In this document: in pieces, positions 54,401 through 64,000 of the stretch
Numbering within the stretch: the stretch's first letter is position 1
Layout of the letters: each line of letters starts with the position of its first letter
NCBI GenBank assembly: GCA_964016885.1
Contig: OZ024740.1
Span: 6,262,001 to 6,326,000 of the forward strand
DNA: 64,000 bases
Reading direction: 5' to 3'
Origin: Eledone cirrhosa
Taxonomy: Eukaryota
Program-made: the position numbers and the translations under genes
The notes under the pieces: generated by a model
Database searches by the model: none
What the model saw: only the letters and a program-made list of their open reading frames with translations
Told to the model about the DNA's origin: nothing

Positions 54401-57400
54401 AATGTAATTTGTCCAGTTACTTCACAAGATATATTCTATTTTGTCCAGTTATTTCACAAATATATTCTATTTTGTCCAGTTATTTCACAAGATATATTCT
54501 ATTTTGTCCAGTTATTTCACAAAATAACTTCTATTTTGTCCAGTTATTTCACAAGATATATTCTATTTTGTCCAGTTATTTCACAAGATATCTTCTATTT
54601 TGTCCAGTTATTTCACAAGATATCTTCTATTTTGTCCAGTTATTTCACAAGAAATATTCTATTTTGTCAAGTTATTTCACAAGATATCTTCTATTTTGTC
54701 CAGTTATTTCACAAGATATTTTCTATTTTGTCCAGTTATTTCACAAGATATATTCTATTTTGTCCAGTTATTTCACAAGATATCTTCTATTTTGACCAGT
54801 TATTTCACAAGATATCTTCTATTTTGACCAGTCATTCCACAAGATATCTTCTACTTTGTCCAGTTATTTCACAAGATATCTTCTATTTTACCAGTTATTT
54901 CACAAGATATCTTCTATTTTGTCCAGTTATTTCACAAAATATATTCTATTTTGTCCAGTTATTTCACAAGATATCTACTACTTTGTCCACTCATTTCACA
55001 AGATATATTCTACTTTGTCCAGTCATTTCACAAGATATATTCTATTTTGTCCAGTTATTTCACAAGATATATTCTACTTTGTCCAGCTACTTCTCAAGAG
55101 ATCTTCTACATTGTCCAGTTATTTCACAAGATATATTCTATTTTGTCCAGTTATTTCACAAGATATCTTCTATTTTGTCCAGTTATTTCACAAGATATAT
55201 TCTATTTTGTCCAGTTATTTCACAAGATATCTTCTATTTTGTCCAATCATTTTACAGGATATCTTCTACTTTGTCTTGTTATTTCACAAGATATATTCTA
55301 ATTTTTCCAGTTATTTCTCAAGATATATTCTACTTTGTCCAGTCATTTCACAAGATATATTCTACTTTGTCCAATTATTTCACAAGATATCTTCTAGTTT
55401 GTCCAGTCATTTCACAAGATATATTCTATTTTGTCCAGTTATTTCACAAATATATTCTACTTTGTCCAGTCATTTCACAAGATATATTCTATTTTATACA
55501 GTTATTACACAAGATATCTTCTACATTGTCCAGTTTTTTCACAAGATATCTTCTACTTTGTCCAATCATTTCACAAGATATATTCTATTTTAGCCAGTTA
55601 TTTCACAAGATATCTTCTATTTTGTCCAGTTATTTCACAAGATATCTTCTATTTTGTCCAGTTATATCACAAGATATATTCTATTTTGTCCAGTCATTCC
55701 ACAAGATATCTTCTAGTTTGTCCAGTTATTTCACAAGATATATTCTATTTTGTCAGTTATTTCACAACATATATTCTACTTTGGCCAGTTATTTCACAAG
55801 ATATCCCCTACTTGTCCAGTTATTTCACTAGATATCTTTTATTTTGTCCAGTTATTTTACAAGATATCTTCTACTTTGTACAATCATTTCACAAGATATA
55901 TTCTATATTGTCCAGTTATTTCACAAGATATCTTCTACTTGTCCAGTTATTTCACAAGATATATTCTATTTTGTCCAGTCATTCCACAAGATATCTTCTA
56001 CTTTGTCCAGTTATTTCACAAGATATCTTCTATTTTCCCAGTTATTTCACAAGATATCTTCTCTTTTGTCCAGTTATTTCACAAGATATCTTCTATATTG
56101 TCCAGTTATTTCTCAAGATATATTCTGCTTTGTCCAGTCATTTCGCAAGATATATTCTACTTTGTCCAATTATTTCACAAGATATCTTCTACTTTGTCCA
56201 GTCATTTCACAAGATATATTCTAATTTGTCCAGTTATTTCACAAATATATTCTACTTTGTCCAGTCATTTCACAAGATATATTCTATTTTATACAGTTAT
56301 TACACAAGATATCTTCTACATTGTCCAGTTATTTCACAAGATATCTTCTACTTTGTCCAATCATTTCACAAGATATATTCTATTTTGTCAGTTATTTCAC
56401 AACATATATTCTACTTTGGCTAGTTATTTCACAAGATATCCCCTACTTGTCCAGTTATTTCACAAGATATATTCTATTTTGTCCAGTCATTGCACAAGAT
56501 ATCTTCTAATCTGTCCAGTTATTTCACAAGATATCTTCTATTTTGACCAGTTATTTCACAAGATATATTCTATTTTGTCCAGTCATTTCACAAGATATAT
56601 TCTACTTTGTCCAGTTATTTCACAAGATATCTTCTACATTACCCAATCATTTCACAAGATATATTCTACTTTATCCAAACATTTCACTAGATATCTTTTA
56701 TTTTGTCGAGTTATTTTACAAGATATCTTCTACTTTGTACAATCATTTCACAAGATATATTCTATATTGTCCAGTTATTTCACAAGATATCTTCTACTTG
56801 TCCAGTTATTTCACAAGATATATTCTATTTTGTCCAGTCATTCCACAAGATATCTTCTACTTTGTCCAGTTATTTCACAAGATATCTTCTATTTTCCCAG
56901 TTATTTCACAAGATATCTTCTCTTTTGTCCAGTTATTTCACAAGATATCTACGATATTGTCCAGTCATTTCGCAAGATATCTTCTATTTTGTCTTGTTAT
57001 TTCACAAGATGTCTACTACTTTACCCAATCATTTCACTAGATATCTTTTATTTTGTCCAGTTATTTTACAAGATATCTTCTACTTTGTACAATCATTTCA
57101 CAAGATATATTCTATTTTGTCCAGTTCTTTCACATGATATCTTCTACTTTGTCCTGTTATTTCACAAGATATATTCTATTTTGTCCAGTTATTTCACAAG
57201 ATATCTCCTAATTGTCCAGTTATTTCACAAGATATATTCTAGTTTGTCCGGTCATTCCACAAGATATCTTCTACTCTGTCCAGTTATTTGACAAGATATC
57301 TTCTACTTTGTCCAGTTGTTTCACAAGATTTTTTCTATTTTATCCAGTCATTCACAAGATATATTCTATTTTGTACAGTTATTTCACAACATATATTGTA

Positions 57401-59117
57401 ATTTGTCCAGTTACTTCACAAGATATATTCTATTTTGTCCAGTTATTTCACAAATATATTCTACTTTGTCCAGTCATTTCACAAGATATATTCTATTTTA
57501 TACAGTTATTACACAAGATATCTTCTACATTGTCCAGTTTTTTCACAAGATATCTTCTACTTTGTCCAATCATTTCACAAGATATATTCTATTTTAGCCA
57601 GTTATTTCACAAGTTATATTCTATTTTGTCAGTTATTTCACAACATATATTCTACTTTGTCCAGTTATTTCACAAGATATCCCCTACTTGTCCAGTTATT
57701 TCACAAGATATATTCTATTTTGTCCAATCATTGCACAAGATATCTTCTACTCTGTCCAGTTATTTCACAAGATATCTTCTATTTTGACCAGTTATTTCAC
57801 AAGATATATTCTATTTTGTCCAGTCATTTCACTAGATATATTCTACTTTGTCCAGTTATTTCACAAGATATCTTCTACTTTACCCAATCATTTCACAAGA
57901 TATATTCTATTTTGTTCAGTCATTTCACAAGATATATTCTATTTTATCCAGTTATTTCACAAGATATCTTCTACATTGACCAGTTATGTCACAACATATA
58001 TTCTAATTTGTCTGGTTATTTCACAAGATATATTCTATTTTGTCCAGTTATTTCACAAGATATCTTCTATTTTGTCATGTTATTTCACAAGATATCTTCT
58101 ATTTTGTCCAGTTATTTCACAAGATATCTTCTACTTTGTCCAGTTGTTTCACAAGATGTATTCTATTTTATCCAGTCATTTCACAAGATATATTCTATTT
58201 TGTACAGTTATTTCACAACATATAATGTAATTTGTCCAGTTACTTCACAAGATATATTCTATTTTGTCCAGTTATTTCACAAATATATTCTATTTTGTCC
58301 AGTTATTTCACAAGATATATTCTATTTTGTCCAGTTATTTCACAAAATAACTTCTATTTTGTCCAGTTATTTCACAAGATATATTCTATTTTGTCCAGTT
58401 ATTTCACAAGATATCTTCTATTTTGTCCAGTTATTTCACAAGATATCTTCTATTTTGTCCAGTTATTTCACAAGAAATATTCTATTTTGTCAAGTTATTT
58501 CACAAGATATCTTCTATTTTGTCCAGTTATTTCACAAGATATTTTCTATTTTGTCCAGTTATTTCACAAGATATATTCTATTTTGTCCAGTTATTTCACA
58601 AGATATCTTCTATTTTGACCAGTTATTTCACAAGATATCTTCTATTTTGACCAGTCATTCCACAAGATATCTTCTACTTTGTCCAGTTATTTCACAAGAT
58701 ATCTTCTATTTTACCAGTTATTTCACAAGATATCTTCTATTTTGTCCAGTTATTTCACAAAATATATTCTATTTTGTCCAGTTATTTCACAAGATATCTA
58801 CTACTTTGTCCACTCATTTCACAAGATATATTCTACTTTGTCCAGTCATTTCACAAGATATATTCTATTTTGTCCAGTTATTTCACAAGATATATTCTAC
58901 TTTGTCCAGCTACTTCTCAAGAGATCTTCTACATTGTCCAGTTATTTCACAAGATATATTCTATTTTGTCCAGTTATTTCACAAGATATCTTCTATTTTG
59001 TCCAGTTATTTCACAAGATATATTCTATTTTGTCCAGTTATTTCACAAGATATCTTCTATTTTGTCCAATCATTTTACAGGATATCTTCTACTTTGTCTT
59101 GTTATTTCACAAGATAT
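51456..59117. repeat. Near-perfect 3823-bp tandem duplication within the 32-bp satellite
   Basis: Marker TATTCTAATTTTTCCAG at 51471 and 55294. Identical ORFs at 51608/55431, 51927/55750 and 53389/57212. Confidence 0.92.
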
Positions 59118-62100
59118 TTTCTACTTTGTCCAGTTATTTCACAAGATATCTACTACTTTGTCCACTCATTTCACAAGATATATTCTACTTTGTACAATCA
59201 TTTCACAAGATATATTCTATTTTGTCCAGTTATTTCACAAAATAACTTCTATTTTGTCCAGTTATTTCACAACATATATTCTACTTTGTCCAGTTATTTC
59301 ACAAGAAATATTCTATGTTGTCCAGTTATTTCACAAGATATATTCTATTTTATCCAGTTATTTCACAACATATATTCTATCTTGTCCAGTTACTTCACAA
59401 GATATATTCTAGTTTGTCCAGTTATATCACAAGATATATTCTATTTTGTCCAGTTATTACCCAAGATATGTTCTATTTTGTCCAGTTATTTCACAAGATA
59501 TATTCTATTTTGTCCAGTTATTTCACAAGATATATTCTATTTTGTCAGTTATTTCACAACATATATTCTACTTTGTCCAGTTATTTCACAAGATATCCCC
59601 TACTTGTCCAGTTATTTCACAAGATATATTCTATTTTGTCCAGTCATTGCACAAGATATCTTCTAATCTGTCCAGTTATTTCACAAGATATCTTCTATTT
59701 TGACCAGTTATTTCACAAGATATATTCTATTTTGTCCAGTCATTTCACAGGATATATTCTACTTTGTCCAGTTATTTCACAAGATATCTTCTACATTACC
59801 CAATCATTTCACAAGATATATTCTACTTTATCCAAACATTTCACTAGATATCTTTTATTTTGTCGAGTTATTTTACAAGATATCTTCTACTTTGTACAAT
59901 CATTTCACAAGATTTATTCTATATTGTCCAGTTATTTCACAAGATATCTTCTACTTGTCCAGTTATTTCACAAGATATATTCTATTTTGTCCAGTCATTC
60001 CACAAGATATCTTCTACTTTGTCCAGTTATTTCACAAGATATCTTCTATTTTCCCAGTTATTTCACAAGATATCTTCTCTTTTGTCCAGTTATTTCACAA
60101 GATATCTTCTTTTTTGTCCAATCATTTCACAAGATATATTCTATTTTGTCCAGTTATTTCACAAGATATCTTCGATATTGTCCAGTCATTTCGCAAGATA
60201 TCTTCTACTTTGTCTTGTTATTTCACAAGATGTCTACTACTTTACCCAATCATTTCACTAGATATCTTTCATTTTGTCCAGTTATTTTACAAGATATCTT
60301 CTACTTTGTACAATCATTTCACAACATATATTCTATTTTGTCCAGTTATTTCACATGATATCTTCTACTTTGTCCTGTTATTTCACAAGATATATTCTTT
60401 TTTGTCCAGTTATTTCACAAGATATCACCTACTCGTCCAGTTATTTCACAAGATATATTCTATTTTGTCCAGTCATTCCACAAGATATCTTCTACTCTGT
60501 CCAGTTATTTCACAAGATATCTTCTAATTTGTCCAGTTGTTTCACAAGATATCACCTACTCGTCCAGTTATTTCACAAGATATATTCTATATTATCCAGT
60601 CATTTCACAAGATATATTCTATTTTGTACAGTTATTTCACAACATATATTGTAATTTGTCCAGTTACTTCACAAGATATATTCTATTTTGTCCAGTCATT
60701 CCACAAGATATATTCTTTTTTGTCCAGTTATTTCACAAGATATCACCTACTCGTCCAGTTATTTCACAAGATATATTCTATTTTATCCAGTCATTTCACA
60801 AGATATATTCTATTTTGTACAGTTATTTCACAACATATATTGTAATTTGTCCAGTTACTTCACAAGATATATTCTATTTCGTCCAGTTATTTCACAAATA
60901 TATTCTACTTTGTCCAGTCATTTCACAAGATATATTCTATTTTATACAGTTATTACACAAGATATCTTCTACATTGTCCAGTTTTTTCACAAGATATCTT
61001 CTACTTTGTCCAATCATTTCACAAGATATATTCTATTTTAGCCAGTTATTTCACAAGATATATTCTATTTTGTCCAGTCATTCCACAAGATATCTTCTAC
61101 TTTGTCCAGTTATTTCACAAGATATATTCTATTTTGTCAGTTATTTCACAACATATATTCTACTTTGTCCAGTTATTTCACAAGATATCACCTACTTGTC
61201 CAGTTATTTCACAAGATATATTCTATTTTGTCCAGTCATTGCACAAGATATATTCTACTTTGTCCAGTTATTTCACAAGATATCTTCTACTTTACCCAAT
61301 CATTTCACAAGATATATTCTATTTTGTTCAGTCATTTCATAAGATATATTCTATTTTATCCAGTTATTTCACAAGATATCTTCTACATTGACCAGTTATG
61401 TCACAACATATATTCTAATTTGTCTGGTTATTTCACAAGATATATTCTATTTTGTCCAGTTATTTCACAAGATATCTTCTATTTTGTCATGTTATTTCAC
61501 AAGATATCTTCTATTTTGTCCAGTTATTTCACAAGATATCTTCTACTTTGTCCAGTTGTTTCACAAGATGTATTCTATTTTATCCAGTCATTTCACAAGA
61601 TATATTCTATTTTGTACAGTTATTTCACAACATATAATGTAATTTGTCCAGGTACTTCACAAGATATATTCTATTTTGTCCAGTTATTTCACAAATATAT
61701 TCTATTTTGTCCAGTTATTTCACAAGATATATTCTATTTTGTCAGTTATTTCACAACATATATTCTACTTTGTCCAGTTATTTCACAAGATATATTCTAG
61801 TTTGTCCAGTTATATCACAAGATATATTCTATTTTGTCCAGTTATTACCCAAGATATGTTCTATTTTGTCCAGTTATTTCACAAGATATATTCTATTTTG
61901 TCCAGTTATTTCACAAGATATCTTCTATTTTTTCCAGTTATTTCACAAGATATCTTCTATTTTGTCCAGTTATTTCACAAGAAATATTCTATTTTGTCAA
62001 GTTATTTCACAAGATATCTTCTATTTTGTCCAGTTATTTCACAAGATATATTCTATTTTGTCCAGTTATTTCACAAGATATATTCTATTTTGTCCAGTTA

Positions 62101-64000
62101 TTTCACAAGATATCTTCTATTTTGACCAGTTATTTCACAAGATATCTTCTATTTTGACCAGTCATTCCACAAGATATCTTCTACTTTGTCCAGTTATTTC
62201 ACAAGATATCTTCTATTTTGACCAGTTATTTCACAAGATATATTCTATTTTGTCCAGTCATTTCACAGGATATATTCTACTTTGTCCAGTTATTTCACAA
62301 GATATCTTCTACATTACCCAATCATTTCACAAGATATATTCTACTTTATCCAAACATTTCACTAGATATCTTTTATTTTGTCGAGTTATTTTACAAGATA
62401 TCTTCTACTTTGTACAATCATTTCACAAGATATATTCTATATTGTCCAGTTATTTCACAAGATATCTTCTACTTGTCCAGTTATTTCACAAGATATATTC
62501 TATTTTGTCCAGTCATTCCACAAGATATCTTCTACTTTGTCCAGTTATTTCACAAGATATCTTCTATTTTCCCAGTTATTTCACAAGATATCTTCTCTTT
62601 TGTCCAGTTATTTCACAAGATATCTTCTTTTTTGTCCAATCATTTCACAAGATATATTCTATTTTGTCCAGTTATTTCACAAGATATCTTCTATTTTCCC
62701 AGTTATTTCACAAGATATTTTCTACTTTGTCCAGTTATTTCACAAGATATCTTCTATTTTCCCAGTTATTTGACAAGATATCTTCTACTTTATCCAATCA
62801 TTTCATTAGATATCTTTTATTTTGTCGAGTTATTTTACAAGATATCTTCTACTTTGTACAATCATTTCACAAGATATATTCTATTTTGTCCAGTTATTTC
62901 ACAAAATAACTTCTATTTTGTCCAGTTATTTCACAAGATATATTCTATTTTGTCAGTTATTTCACAACATATATTCTACTTTGTCCAGTTATTTCACAAG
63001 AAATATTCTATGTTGTCCAGTTATTTCACAAGATATATTCTATTTTATCCAGTTATTTCACAACATATATTCTATCTTGTCCAGTTACTTCACAAGATAT
63101 ATTCTAGTTTGTCCAGTTATATCACAAGATATATTCTATTTTGTCCAGTTATTACCCAAGATATGTTCTATTTTGTCCAGTTATTTCACAAGATATATTC
63201 TATTTTGTCCAGTTATTTCACAAGATATATTCTATTTTGTCAGTTATTTCACAACATATATTCTACTTTGTCCAGTTATTTCACAAGATATCCCCTACTT
63301 GTCCAGTTATTTCACAAGATATATTCTATTTTGTCCAGTCATTGCACAAGATATCTTCTAATCTGTCCAGTTATTTCACAAGTTATCTTCTATTTTGACC
63401 AGTTATTTCACAAGATATATTCTATTTTGTGCAGTCATTTCACAGGATATATTCTACTTTGTCCAGTTATTTCACAAGATATCTTCTACATTACCCAATC
63501 ATTTCACAAGATATATTCTACTTTATCCAAACATTTCACTAGATATCTTTTATTTTGTCGAGTTATTTTACAAGATATCTTCTACTTTGTACAATCATTT
63601 CACAAGATTTATTCTATATTGTCCAGTTATTTCACAAGATATCTTCTACTTGTCCAGTTATTTCACAAGATATATTCTATTTTGTCCAGTCATTCCACAA
63701 GATATCTTCTACTTTGTCCAGTTATTTCACAAGATATCTTCTATTTTCCCAGTTATTTCACAAGATATCTTCTCTTTTGTCCAGTTATTTCACAAGATAT
63801 CTTCTTTTTTGTCCAATCATTTCACAAGATATATTCTATTTTGTCCAGTTATTTCACAAGATATCTTCGATATTGTCCAGTCATTTCGCAAGATATCTTC
63901 TACTTTGTCTTGTTATTTCACAAGATGTCTACTACTTTACCCAATCATTTCACTAGATATCTTTCATTTTGTCCAGTTATTTTACAAGATATCTTCTACT

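Larger units (their letters stand above)
11888..64000. repeat. 32-bp tandem satellite, ~1,630 copies, consensus GTCCAGT(T/C)ATTTCACAAGATAT(C/A)TTCTA(T/C)TTT; continues beyond right edge
   Basis: Uninterrupted head-to-tail 32-bp periodicity with occasional 31-bp monomers. I saw no inversions or insertions. Confidence 0.99.

Noticed and set aside
11899-63956. Very many long + strand ORFs (up to 1412 aa) resembling membrane proteins
   Set aside because: They overlap in all three frames, encode the same repeat, mostly begin at non-ATG codons, and follow directly from a stop-free 32-bp consensus.
11888-64000. CRISPR array (32-bp repeat with internal palindrome)
   Set aside because: There are no spacers, leader or cas genes. 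Monomers are directly adjacent and the context is eukaryotic.
8227-64000. RT + endonuclease + repeat array as one functional system (retron-, DGR- or telomerase-like)
   Set aside because: The RT (Tx1/L1) and GIY-YIG (Penelope) come from unrelated, truncated elements 2 kb apart. The RT is frameshifted, and no template copy of the repeat lies within either element.
11888-64000. 32-mer derived from the zinc-finger CDICGKS codons (minus strand GATATCTTGTGAAAT)
   Set aside because: Only about 14 bp of gapped similarity, which cannot be distinguished from chance.

Overview
Eukaryotic, AT-rich, repeat-dominated DNA with no intact host gene. The SINE and RTE ends resemble octopus/cephalopod repeats as I recall them; this is an inference, not a database match. 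Architecture: (1) 1-~5410, a 77-bp tandem satellite of about 70 copies, open at the left edge, with multi-monomer duplications. (2) ~5410-11890, a 6.5-kb island holding a (GGT/GTT)n tract, a 5'-truncated RTE-type LINE end inside (TA)n, a degenerate hammerhead-like motif, a Penelope-like GIY-YIG fragment, several tRNA-derived SINE copies set in a ~49-bp minisatellite, and a frameshifted Tx1/L1-clade reverse transcriptase fragment. (3) ~11888-64000, a single head-to-tail 32-bp satellite of about 1,630 copies, open at the right edge, built from kb-scale block duplications (3509/3541, 4266=2197+2069, 3981, 4875, 3823, 1273/1275 bp). The many ORFs called over the satellite are artefacts of a stop-free + strand consensus. 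I cannot support a new protein-coding system. The most interesting signals are the satellite's palindrome on/off variants and block-duplication history, the possible zinc-finger ancestry and dyad symmetry of the 77-bp monomer, the site-specific retroelement insertions, and the hammerhead-like relic.
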